From: Candidatus Micrarchaeota archaeon
GTDB taxonomy: Archaea > Micrarchaeota > Micrarchaeia > Anstonellales > Bilamarchaeaceae
DNA: 37,371 nt
Reading direction: 5' to 3'
Assembly: GCA_020726005.1 (NCBI GenBank)
Contig: DYTL01000001.1
Location: 1 to 37,371 of the forward strand
Shown here: one piece after another, positions 9,919-18,907 of the stretch
Position numbering within the stretch: the stretch's first letter is position 1
Layout of the letters: every line of letters begins with the position of its first letter
Made by a program: the position numbers and the translations under genes
Notes under the pieces: model-generated
The model's database searches: none
Seen by the model: the letters and a program-made list of their open reading frames with translations, nothing else
What the model was told of the DNA's origin: nothing

Positions 9919-11289
9919 ATGCTTTGGGGGGGAAGATTTGAAAAATTACCAAATAAAATAGTATTTGATTATATGAATGATGAGAATGATTCGCGCTTGA
10001 TTAAATATGATATTCTTGGTTCAATTGCACACGTAAAAATGCTTTCCAAACAAAATATTTTAAAGAAAAACGAAGCAGATAAAATAATTAAAATGCTAAA
10101 ACATTTACTTATTCTTCATCAAAAAGGTAAATTTCAACTTAAGAAAGAATTAGAAGACGTGCATATGAATATTGAAAATAAAGTTACAAAATTTACTCAT
10201 TATGGGAAAAAAATGCATATTGCGCGTTCGCGCAATGATCAGATCGCTGTAGATACCCGTATGTATTTAAGGGACGAATTGCTTTCAACTGCTTCTTTAA
10301 TTATAAAATTGCAAAAATCATTTAAAAAACTTGCAAAAAAAGACATCGCAATGCCGTCTTACACACACACGCGAGTTGCTCAACCAATAACTACATCATT
10401 TTGGTGCGAATCCTATGTACAAAGTTTTGAACGTGATTTGGAACGAATATTTGATGTTTATGCGAGAGTAAATAGAAATCCGTTAGGGGCGTGTGCAATA
10501 AGCGGAACAAATTGGAAAATAGATAGAAAATATACATCAGAATTATTAGGTTTTGAATCAGTAATTGAAAACGAAATGGACGCAATAAGTTCGCGCGGAG
10601 AAATAGAAGCAGAAATATTGTTTCTATTAAGTCAGCTTATGGCAAAACTTTCTCGTTTTGCAGAAGAGATAATATGGTTCTCAGAAAGTGGAATAATTGA
10701 ACTTAGTGATGAATACACGACAGGAAGCTCAATAATGCCAAATAAGAAGAATCCTGATGTGCTTGAGCTTATGCGTGGAAGAACCGGGCGCGTGTATGGA
10801 AATTTAATACATCTCCTTACAATACAAAAAGGACTCATGAACGGACATAATGCAGATACCCAAGAAACAAAATTTGCAGTAATGAGCGGATTAGATATTG
10901 TTAAGGAAACACTCGTAGTTTTAATTGATATTGTTCCTACATTTGAATTTGATGAAAAAAAAATGATTATAGAGATAAAAAAAGGCTATGCGAATGCGAC
11001 CGAACTTGCAGATTTGATGGTTATGAATGAAATTCCGTTCCGCGACGCGCACGAAAGAATAGGTAAGCTTGTAGGGCAACTTATAAAACAAGAAAAATAC
11101 TTAGAAGATTTAGAACCCAAAGAAATAAATAAAATACTTGGAACAAATTTAGATATTAAACTAATTGAAAACGCCATTTCAATAAAAAAAGAACGGCTTT
11201 CTAAAAAAATAAAATTAAATCCTAAATGGGGGGGAAAAATAAATGTTGAATTAGATAAAATAAAAAAAATATTTTGCACACTTATTTGA
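9919..11289 (+). CDS. argH: Argininosuccinate lyase
   Basis: 456 aa with the N-terminal MLWGGRF motif and the fumarate-lyase signature GSSIMPNKKNPD. An AAGGTGAA SD lies upstream. Confidence 0.9.
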   Translation: MLWGGRFEKLPNKIVFDYMNDENDSRLIKYDILGSIAHVKMLSKQNILKKNEADKIIKMLKHLLILHQKGKFQLKKELEDVHMNIENKVTKFTHYGKKMHIARSRNDQIAVDTRMYLRDELLSTASLIIKLQKSFKKLAKKDIAMPSYTHTRVAQPITTSFWCESYVQSFERDLERIFDVYARVNRNPLGACAISGTNWKIDRKYTSELLGFESVIENEMDAISSRGEIEAEILFLLSQLMAKLSRFAEEIIWFSESGIIELSDEYTTGSSIMPNKKNPDVLELMRGRTGRVYGNLIHLLTIQKGLMNGHNADTQETKFAVMSGLDIVKETLVVLIDIVPTFEFDEKKMIIEIKKGYANATELADLMVMNEIPFRDAHERIGKLVGQLIKQEKYLEDLEPKEINKILGTNLDIKLIENAISIKKERLSKKIKLNPKWGGKINVELDKIKKIFCTLI

Positions 11290-11292
11290 TTT

Positions 11293-11778
11293 TTATCTTA
11301 CCTCAGCAATATCTCCTTCTTTTATTCCGTATTTTTTCGAAAAATTTTGGTTTACTTCAATTGCATAAAGCGCAGGCCATTTGGAAAAATAAATTGTGCA
11401 ATTAGGCATTCTTGTTTCGTTTCCGGAATCGCTGCATGGATCCATTTCGATTATATCTATAATACTGAAATTTTCATTTAAAAAAATTATTTCCAAAGGG
11501 ATTTTTGTATTGAACATCCAAAATGGATGATACGCATTATAACTTAAATAAAAAAACATTCCTTCTTTTTCTCCGAGCGAATCGCGGAACATTAATCCTT
11601 GATCTATTTTTTCTCGCGTATCGGCTTTTTCAGCAAGTATGGAAACATTTACTGGACGAAAAGTAACCCAGACCTTCTTCATTTCTAATGTTATGTTTTT
11701 CTCTGGTTGAGGTTGCACTTTAGAACAACCTAATAATAAGAGAGATATGCAAACAACAAAAAGAAGAAAAGGTTTCAT
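11293..11778 (-). CDS. DUF192-family protein with a lipobox-like signal peptide
   Basis: The track ORF begins at a TTG (11790). I prefer ATG 11778, giving MKPFLLFVVCISLLLLGCSK. The body (GLMFR...MFF...PFWMFNT..PLEIIFL, AIEV) looks like COG1430/DUF192. Confidence 0.7.
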   Translation of the reverse strand: MKPFLLFVVCISLLLLGCSKVQPQPEKNITLEMKKVWVTFRPVNVSILAEKADTREKIDQGLMFRDSLGEKEGMFFYLSYNAYHPFWMFNTKIPLEIIFLNENFSIIDIIEMDPCSDSGNETRMPNCTIYFSKWPALYAIEVNQNFSKKYGIKEGDIAEVR

Positions 11779-11900
11779 AGAATTACCCAAGGAAACCTCT
11801 GATTTAGAGTCAAAAGATGAATTGGAGGTTTTGTTTTTAATTTCTTGTTCCTGTATATATTGCTTAATTGTTTCTGCTGATACGTATCCGGCTTTTCCAT
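11775..11900 (-). CDS. Candidate 41-codon micro-ORF overlapping the DUF192 start by ATGA
   Basis: My translation is MEKPDTYQQKQLSNIYRNKKLKTKPPIHLLTLNQRFPWVIL. Its stop TGA overlaps ATG 11778 of the next gene. A TATA-like TTAAAATTTA lies ~23 nt upstream. There is no homology support. Confidence 0.15.
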   Translation of the reverse strand: MEKPDTYQQKQLSNIYRNKKLKTKPPIHLLTLNQRFPWVIL

Positions 11901-12136
11901 ACTAACTAATACAAACCATAAATTTTAATACATATGTAATAAAGTTCTTCTATAGTTTTTTGAGGTATATACTGATCGTAGATAATACAACCGAAAAATT
12001 CATCAGTAAATCCGCAAGTAAATAAAACCTCAGATTTCGAAGTTTGAAATTATATAAATTCGCTAAAATATCCTGCTGAGAAGAAATTATCTTGGGACAT
12101 AAATCTCTTTTGGCCTTGTAAAAACTAGTCAAGAAT

Positions 12137-13267
12137 TCAATCGGAAGTAGTTGACTCGTCTAACCCTACAAAACGTTTCCTAATGTTATTCATGACTTTT
12201 GGCATGCTTGTATATTCCATTTCATGTTCAGAAAGTCTGTGCGGTTCAAATGGTCCATGCCTACGCATATAATCCGCTATGTCTAATGCCGTTTTTCTCG
12301 CATTGTCAAACGCAATATCTCCAAAAAGATCAGCAGGACCAATTAGTTTACCATTTGCGATCTGGAAACCCAATCCAACTACTCTTGTTGGTCCATCAAA
12401 CCGAGTAATCATAGAATTATTTATTCCCACTGGCATAAGTGGACCATTATGCGAACCACGCATCCATCCTGAAACCAAGTGTGGAAATGCAAATGGTTCG
12501 AGTATTTCGCCTTGTGAAGGAAGCCCAGATTGACATCGAACTATCGCAACCGGATCGTCTTTTCCTACATATTCACCTGCAATAAGATGCAATTTATCAG
12601 TGCTTATTGCTGCAACTGCTTCTTTTTCAGATACTTTATTGCCAGCACGCGGATAAACCCTCTTGATTACATATTTGCTTTTTGTACCTATAAGTGCAAG
12701 TAATGTATAAAGTTCTTCAGGTGAATTAAGGGTTATTTTTTTGTTCGTATAAATGTCCAAAACCTCAAACACAAATCCGCCAATCATATTCGGATCTATA
12801 ATAAGTCCAGCAGTATTAAACGGATCTCCGAACATTTTAAAAATCGGAAAATTAAACGCACCTGGTTCGGTCTTATCCATCATAAAAACTATTACAGGTT
12901 CGCTTTGTCGTTCCTCAAATTCCAATTCTGCGCATCCTGGACCCATTCCTTTTATATTGCCGCTAAATGCATCTACAAGAAGATCTTGTCCTGCGCCATA
13001 GAGTTTAAGCTCCTTTGCAATTGCAGTAGCTGAAATAAATGTGTCCCATGCAAGTTCGTGCACTTTTTTGTAATCTACGCCTTTATCGTGTGTCATTATA
13101 AGTTGTAAATCATCGCCAACTTTAGCTACATAATAATCCAAAATTATACCTTTCTTTTTCGCTGCCTCTAAACTCTTATTCGCGCTTTCCATGAGCTTTG
13201 GATGTACATTTGAGTGTCCGGTAAATCCTCCTACGTCTGCTTTTATTACGGTTAAAGTAACTTTCAT
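12137..13267 (-). CDS. fbp: Fructose-1,6-bisphosphate aldolase/phosphatase (class V FBPase)
   Basis: 376 aa with the characteristic start MKVTLTVIKADVGG, plus GDPFNTAGLIIDP and YVGKDDPVAIVR. Length and motifs are typical of the archaeal bifunctional enzyme. Confidence 0.9.
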   Translation of the reverse strand: MKVTLTVIKADVGGFTGHSNVHPKLMESANKSLEAAKKKGIILDYYVAKVGDDLQLIMTHDKGVDYKKVHELAWDTFISATAIAKELKLYGAGQDLLVDAFSGNIKGMGPGCAELEFEERQSEPVIVFMMDKTEPGAFNFPIFKMFGDPFNTAGLIIDPNMIGGFVFEVLDIYTNKKITLNSPEELYTLLALIGTKSKYVIKRVYPRAGNKVSEKEAVAAISTDKLHLIAGEYVGKDDPVAIVRCQSGLPSQGEILEPFAFPHLVSGWMRGSHNGPLMPVGINNSMITRFDGPTRVVGLGFQIANGKLIGPADLFGDIAFDNARKTALDIADYMRRHGPFEPHRLSEHEMEYTSMPKVMNNIRKRFVGLDESTTSD

Positions 13268-13391
13268 TTTTTCACCTTAAAATAAAAATAGTAGAATAGC
13301 CTTTTATTCTTTTGTATTTTTATTTCTATATCGCCCAACATAATCCAAATCTTTTTATACGCTCTTCAATATACAACAATGGGTGGTAGTA

Positions 13392-15335
13392 ATGGAATCA
13401 AAAAATTATATTTTATTTATTTCAATAATAATAATTTCTTTGCTTTTTTTTGCTGGATGTATTACTAAGCCAATAAATGAAACTAATACAACTAAAACAC
13501 TATCCAATATCTCTCGTTTTTCATCTTGCAATGCAATAATTGAAAAGTTCAACAAGAATAACAATGATTCATTATTATATTATGAACAAGGAATACGTAT
13601 GTTCAAATCATTTATTTCACCAACATCTTCTGGTTTTAGCTCAGCTCCAATTATCTCGAAAAACTTGGAATATTCTACAACCAATATTCAGGTTACAGGT
13701 GTAGATGAAGCTGATTTTGTAAAAACTGACGGAAATTATATCTATACCATTTCAAAAGGTAAATTAATCATAGTTGAAGCATATCCCGTTAAAAATGCAA
13801 AACTCATTTCATCTATTAATGTTGGTGACAATATTCAACCTCTGGAAATTTTCGTTAATAGCGATACAATAATAGTATTTGGTAGTAGGGCATTTGACGT
13901 TTCACTTTATAAATTGGGTTCTGATATGCAAGAAAAATATTCAAAATCTTATTCCTCATTTACTGTTATTCAACTTTGGAATATTTCAGATAGGGAAAAT
14001 CCAAAATTAATTAAAACCTCTGAATTTGAAGGACAATATATCTCCTCGCGAATGGTAAATTCAACTGTTTATTTTGTTATAACGCAATATCCATATTATA
14101 GTGCAAATCCAAAAGAAGTTATGCCTTTATATCGAGAATATTTTAGAAATGAAGATAGGGTAAATTATTCGTCGGTTGCGAAATGCAACGAGGTAGGATA
14201 TTTTCAACCAGTAAACGCACAAAACTTTATCATACTCGGTGCAATGTCAATTCAAAATTATTCTGCCCCTATAAGTAAGGAAGTGATTGTTGGTTCAGGA
14301 GAAAATATATATGCATCAACTGAGAATGTTTATGTTGCAGATGTTAATTACGATGATTTAAGACATATTTTCTGGCGTGGAATTATACCTGTCGAACCAC
14401 AATCCAGAGAAAAAACAACCGTGCATAAATTTTCTTTTTCAGGAAATAGGACATCTTATGTTGGTTCAATGGATGCCCCAGGGCATATCTTAAATCAGTT
14501 TTCTATGGATGAACATAATGGTGATTTTAGAATCGCAACAACAATAGGTGGATCTAATCCAAGTACTAATAATGTTTATATTTTTGGTGGGGATTTAAAG
14601 TTTAAAGGAAAATTAGAAGGACTTGCGCCGAGTGAGAGTATTTACTCTGTAAGATTTATGGGTGATAGAGCATATCTTGTAACTTTCAAAAAGGTTGATC
14701 CACTTTTTGTAATTGATCTTTCAGATGGAAGTAAACCAAAGGTTCTTGGAAAGCTTAAAATACCAGGCTATTCTGATTACTTGCATCCTATAGATAAAAA
14801 CCATTTAATTGGAATAGGAAAAGATACTGAAGAAGCAGAAGAAGGTGATTTTGCATGGTATCAAGGAATAAAAATGGCTGTTTTTGATGTAACTAATGTT
14901 TCAAAGCCAAAGGAAATGCATAAAATTATAATCGGAGATAGAGGAACTGAGTCTTATGTTCTACGAGACCATAAGGCGTTCCTTTATGATATAAAAAAAG
15001 ACCTTCTTGTTATTCCTATTCTTCTTGCTGAAATAGACAAGGAAAAACGATATAATCAAAATAGACAACTAAATATCTACGGTGATTATGTTTTCCAAGG
15101 TGCTTACGTATATAATCTTACTCTTGAAAACGGATTTAAACTAAAAGGCAGAATAACTCATTTAGAAGATAACGAAACATTCGACATGTCTGGATATTAT
15201 TATCGTAATTCAGGCGATTCAATAAAAAGATCGTTGTATATAGATGATATACTCTATACTATCTCTGATAATAAAATAATAGCTAATTCGCTTAACAGAC
15301 TTGATTTGCTAAAAACGATTGTATTGAGCAAGTGA
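13392..15335 (+). CDS. Secreted beta-propeller domain protein (COG4880 / Beta_propel-like), lipobox-like signal
   Basis: The track ORF starts at GTG 13383. ATG 13392 follows GGGTGGT. The N-terminus is MESKNYILFISIIIISLLFFAGC. Family motifs are GVDEADFVKTDGNYIY and VRFMGDRAYLVTFKKVDPLFVIDLSD...LGKLKIPGYSDYLHP. It has many N-x-S/T sequons. Confidence 0.75.
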   Translation: MESKNYILFISIIIISLLFFAGCITKPINETNTTKTLSNISRFSSCNAIIEKFNKNNNDSLLYYEQGIRMFKSFISPTSSGFSSAPIISKNLEYSTTNIQVTGVDEADFVKTDGNYIYTISKGKLIIVEAYPVKNAKLISSINVGDNIQPLEIFVNSDTIIVFGSRAFDVSLYKLGSDMQEKYSKSYSSFTVIQLWNISDRENPKLIKTSEFEGQYISSRMVNSTVYFVITQYPYYSANPKEVMPLYREYFRNEDRVNYSSVAKCNEVGYFQPVNAQNFIILGAMSIQNYSAPISKEVIVGSGENIYASTENVYVADVNYDDLRHIFWRGIIPVEPQSREKTTVHKFSFSGNRTSYVGSMDAPGHILNQFSMDEHNGDFRIATTIGGSNPSTNNVYIFGGDLKFKGKLEGLAPSESIYSVRFMGDRAYLVTFKKVDPLFVIDLSDGSKPKVLGKLKIPGYSDYLHPIDKNHLIGIGKDTEEAEEGDFAWYQGIKMAVFDVTNVSKPKEMHKIIIGDRGTESYVLRDHKAFLYDIKKDLLVIPILLAEIDKEKRYNQNRQLNIYGDYVFQGAYVYNLTLENGFKLKGRITHLEDNETFDMSGYYYRNSGDSIKRSLYIDDILYTISDNKIIANSLNRLDLLKTIVLSK

Positions 15336-15369
15336 ATAATATTTTAAAGTTTTCAAATATAACAAACGT

Positions 15370-16755
15370 ATGGATAATATTGATCTATCAAAGTATAATT
15401 TCAAAACTAATGAAAAACCAGTGTTTGCACTTCCTAAAGGGCTTTCTGAAAAAACAATAAAGGATATTTCTGCTGAAAAAAACGAACCTGACTGGATGCT
15501 TACGAAACGTCTTAAAGCATATAAAATATTTCTAAAACTTAAAATGCCGAATTTCGGACCTGATCTTTCCAAATTGAATTTTGAGGATATAACGTATTAT
15601 ATAAAACCAAGCGCGCAAAAGGCGCAAACATGGGAAGATGTTCCTCAACACATAAAAGATACGTTTGACAAATTAGGTGTTCCACAAGCTGAACGCAAAT
15701 TCTTAGCAGGAGTGGAAACAATGTTTGAAAGCGAAGTAGTATATCAAAGATTGCGCAAAGAATGGATTGAAAATGGCATAATATTTACTGATACTGATAG
15801 TGCAGTAAAGGAATACCCAGAATTGTTAAAAAAATATTTCGGAACAATTGTACCAATAGGAGATAATAAATTCGCAGCGCTTAATAGCGCAGTATGGAGT
15901 GGAGGTAGTTTTCTTTTTATACCAAAAGGAATTAAATTGGAAATTCCTGTGCATGCGTATTTTCGCATAAATGCAAAGGCGTTTGGGCAATTTGAACGTA
16001 CTCTAATAATTTGTGAAGAAGGAAGTAAAATTCATTATACCGAAGGTTGTACTGCGCCAATATATAGTGAAACGTCACTTCACGCAGCAGTAGTTGAATG
16101 TATAGTAAAAAAAAATGCTTATCTTAGGTATACAACAATTCAAAATTGGAGTACAAATATCTATAATTTAGTAACAAAGCGCGCGTTCGCATACGAAAAT
16201 GCACTTGTGGAATGGGTTGATGGAAATATTGGATCAAAAATAAATATGAAATATCCTTCAGTTTATCTTAAAGAAAAATACGCACGTGCGAAATTCCTTT
16301 CAATTGCGTATGCTGGACAGGGACAATATCAGGACGCAGGAGCAAGAGTAATTCACGAAGCCGAAAATACAACCTCGATAATAAATAGCAAAAATATTGT
16401 CAAAAATGGGGGTACAACTTCCTTTTGTGGTACAGTTAGATTTACAAAAAGCGCAGTAAATTCAAAAAGCAGTGTAAAATGTGATGCGTTATTGCTTGAT
16501 TCAGTTTCAAAGAATATAACTTATCCACTACTTCAATCCGCACAAAATCAATTAACAATAGTCCATGAAGCAAAGGTAGGTAAAATTAACGAAGAGCAGT
16601 TATTTTATCTTATGAGCAGAGGGCTCTCTGAAAATGAAGCAACATCCCTCATAGTACTTGGATTTATAGATGAATTTATAAAGGAACTTCCGTTAGAATA
16701 CGCAGTAGAATTTAATCGATTAGTGCGACTTGAACTGGAGAAAAAACCGAGATAA
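15370..16755 (+). CDS. sufB: Fe-S cluster assembly scaffold SufB
   Basis: 461 aa with HYTEGCTAP, a beta-helix repeat region and C-terminal GKINEEQLFYLMSRGLSENEA. Confidence 0.92.
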   Translation: MDNIDLSKYNFKTNEKPVFALPKGLSEKTIKDISAEKNEPDWMLTKRLKAYKIFLKLKMPNFGPDLSKLNFEDITYYIKPSAQKAQTWEDVPQHIKDTFDKLGVPQAERKFLAGVETMFESEVVYQRLRKEWIENGIIFTDTDSAVKEYPELLKKYFGTIVPIGDNKFAALNSAVWSGGSFLFIPKGIKLEIPVHAYFRINAKAFGQFERTLIICEEGSKIHYTEGCTAPIYSETSLHAAVVECIVKKNAYLRYTTIQNWSTNIYNLVTKRAFAYENALVEWVDGNIGSKINMKYPSVYLKEKYARAKFLSIAYAGQGQYQDAGARVIHEAENTTSIINSKNIVKNGGTTSFCGTVRFTKSAVNSKSSVKCDALLLDSVSKNITYPLLQSAQNQLTIVHEAKVGKINEEQLFYLMSRGLSENEATSLIVLGFIDEFIKELPLEYAVEFNRLVRLELEKKPR

Positions 16756-16757
16756 TT

Positions 16758-17384
16758 ATGCAATTTTTAAAAACAAAAGAAAGTAAAGTTTCATTTTCAA
16801 ATAATATTCTAAGAGTACGTGGAAACTCAGCGGTTCTTTTTATTCACGAAAACGAAAAAATAGAGAAGAAAATTGTTTTGGACGTTGAAGCAGTAATTCA
16901 AATTTTTTCAATATATTCAAAAAATGCAGAAATAAAAAATTCGTTCGTAGTTCCTGAAAACTGCAAACTCAATATTGTGGATATTTTTTACGGAAATACC
17001 AACGTAGAAAACATCATACCTCTTGAAAATCAGGGTTGCTCGCTTAATTTAATTGCAAAGGGGGTCGCAAAAGAAAACGAAACTGCTAATTATATTGTTC
17101 TTGCTTCAATTGGAAAAAATGGAGTAAACGCAAATATAGATATAAAGGAGCATGCATACATTTTAGGAAAAAATGCCTGCATCAGTTTTCTGCCCGGCTT
17201 GGAAATAATAAATAATAATGTTAGTGCAAAGCATGCTTCAACAATAAGCCAATTGGATGAAGAACAGATATTCTATCTTATGACTCGCGGATTTTCAGAA
17301 AAACAGGCAAAAAAAGAATTAATTTTCGGTTTTTTCGCGCGCGAATCGGAATTTATTAGGAATATTTTTGAATATAAAATTTAG
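16758..17384 (+). CDS. sufD: SufD-like Fe-S assembly protein (short form)
   Basis: 208 aa, starting 2 nt after the sufB stop. The C-terminus ISQLDEEQIFYLMTRGFSEKQAKKELIFGFF is paralogous to the SufB C-terminus. It lacks the usual N-terminal region. Confidence 0.7.
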   Translation: MQFLKTKESKVSFSNNILRVRGNSAVLFIHENEKIEKKIVLDVEAVIQIFSIYSKNAEIKNSFVVPENCKLNIVDIFYGNTNVENIIPLENQGCSLNLIAKGVAKENETANYIVLASIGKNGVNANIDIKEHAYILGKNACISFLPGLEIINNNVSAKHASTISQLDEEQIFYLMTRGFSEKQAKKELIFGFFARESEFIRNIFEYKI

Positions 17385-17548
17385 GTTATTTTTTCACTTG
17401 TTAGATATATTCAAACAATAATTTCTGTGCGAACAATTTGGAAACATTACTAATTTAGGTAATAATTTGCAATCTTCATCTTCTCAATGCGACTTATTAT
17501 CTAATAATTTAGTAAATACTTCTACGAATAATTTTTAAATTAATATAA

Positions 17549-17619
17549 TGCGATCGCCGGGATTCGAACCCGGGTCCCAAGCTTGGAAGGCTTGCATCCT
17601 ACCACTAGACTACAATCGC
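17549..17619 (-). tRNA. tRNA-Gly (anticodon UCC), no encoded CCA, no intron
   Basis: Folded by hand from GCGATTGTAGTCTAGTGGTAGGATGCAAGCCTTCCAAGCTTGGGACCCGGGTTCGAATCCCGGCGATCGCA. The 7-bp acceptor has one GU. The anticodon stem is CAAGC/GCTTG with loop CTTCCAA. The T arm is CCGGG-TTCGAAT-CCCGG. Confidence 0.9.
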
Positions 17620-17654
17620 GCAAATATTTGTTGTAAGATAAGAAATTTATAAAT

Positions 17655-18155
17655 TTATTCAAAACTAATCCTAAATATTTTCTTATTTTGTTTCAGTTTT
17701 TCAATAATGCTTCCGGATAAAGCGTTTTCCAGTACAATAGTAAGTTTTGGATTTGGATAAATATCCGGATCATCGGCAACAATCTGTCTTATGTTTATCC
17801 CTGCACCGGAAATTAATTCTGTAATATTTTTTATTATTCCTTTTTCGTGTGGTTCTGCTTCTATTTCTAAAACTTCAAATCCTAATTTTCTTGCTGATCT
17901 GGCAATAAAAGCAGTTGGTCTTAATGTAGAGAATATTTCATAAAGTTCATTATTTTTTGCAATTTGCTTTGCGGTTTCGATTACTACTCTTCTATCTATT
18001 TTCAGCGCTTTTGCTATCTTTGTAGGCGTGAGTTCTATTTCTGCGCAATAAATATTTCCTTTTTTATTCACGCTCAAACCATATTTAAGTATTGTTTCCA
18101 CAACAATTTTGCGTGCAGGAAAATTAGCGAACTCATTTTCAATTTTTGCATACAT
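17655..18155 (-). CDS. Putative regulator with an N-terminal HTH-like region and a C-terminal ACT domain (COG2150-like)
   Basis: 166 aa. Size and layout match the archaeal 'regulator of amino acid metabolism, ACT domain' family. The C-terminal half (EVLEIEAEPHEKGIIKNITELISGAGINIRQI) is ACT-like. Confidence 0.5.
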   Translation of the reverse strand: MYAKIENEFANFPARKIVVETILKYGLSVNKKGNIYCAEIELTPTKIAKALKIDRRVVIETAKQIAKNNELYEIFSTLRPTAFIARSARKLGFEVLEIEAEPHEKGIIKNITELISGAGINIRQIVADDPDIYPNPKLTIVLENALSGSIIEKLKQNKKIFRISFE

Positions 18156-18351
18156 ATTTTGTTTTCATAGATAATGTATAAAAACATGCACTAAATTTTT
18201 GGATTTATTTATATAGCAATTTTCTTAGTCATATCACAAATACAACACTATTTGTTATATTTTTAACATGAAGTTTAAATATTTAGTTTAACAAATAAAC
18301 TTTGAATTCAATTAGAGAATATAATAGATAATTAAAAATGAGGTGCGATAT

Positions 18352-18546
18352 ATGACATTAACATTAGTTCACGCATTAGTATCAAAAAACGGAGATAATG
18401 TAATCCCTAACGATAAAAACCAATCTTCAGTACAAAGCTCAAAAACGGGTAAGATCCCATATCTTCAATTATTGCATCTGCAGATCCAAACAGAGTGTAT
18501 AATGGGAGTTACTTCTCGAAATCAAAAGTTTAACTCTTACAAATGA
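18352..18546 (+). CDS. Candidate 64-aa small protein, no recognisable family
   Basis: ATG 18352 is preceded by GAGGTG at 6-nt spacing, the same SD type as bona fide genes here. The product is MTLTLVHALVSKNGDNVIPNDKNQ... There is no other support. Confidence 0.2.
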   Translation: MTLTLVHALVSKNGDNVIPNDKNQSSVQSSKTGKIPYLQLLHLQIQTECIMGVTSRNQKFNSYK

Positions 18547-18794
18547 TTACATATACTCGTTTTCTTATAATGTTTTTTTTGAGCATCAATCTTTGTATCA
18601 TTACCATAAGGAGTAATTTTTTCTCATAGATTTCTTCAACTTCGTCCCAAGTAATAACTTTCCACTGTTAATTCCTTTAATTTCTCTTGCCATAAATTAG
18701 TATAATCTGTCCCACAGCCATTTCTTAAGATAAGTTCTTAGACGCTAATTATAAACTAATCTTTTTTTGTTTAGAAATAATGCGATTTTGCTCT

Positions 18795-18841
18795 TTCTGG
18801 CAAGTAACGGCAAATTTTAATTTTGCCAGTAAATGCCGGAA
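18795..18841. promoter_or_regulatory. Imperfect 20-bp inverted repeat TTCTGGCAAGTAACGGCAAA-(7 nt)-TTTGCCAGTAAATGCCGGAA upstream of top6B
   Basis: Hand alignment of the arms gives 14/20 matches. The inner GGCAAA/TTTGCC and outer GGCA/TGCC blocks are perfect. It sits 67-113 nt upstream of ATG 18908. Confidence 0.3.
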
Positions 18842-18907
18842 CTTAAGCGCGCGAACATTTAAATAATTACATTTCTTATTTAACTCAATGCGACCAAAGG
18901 GATTTTA

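Noticed and set aside
11289-11295. Convergent argH and DUF192 stop codons only 3 nt apart
   Set aside because: It implies overlapping 3' ends, but this is common in compact genomes and not informative by itself.
11950-12132. 60-aa minus-strand ORF downstream of fbp
   Set aside because: It starts at a TTG with no ATG until residue 44 and has no SD. The product looks random.
18547-18720. Calling the stop-interrupted minus-strand frame a pseudogene feature
   Set aside because: No family is recognisable and it has only about 60 codons. It is kept as a remark inside the spacer finding rather than as an annotated feature.
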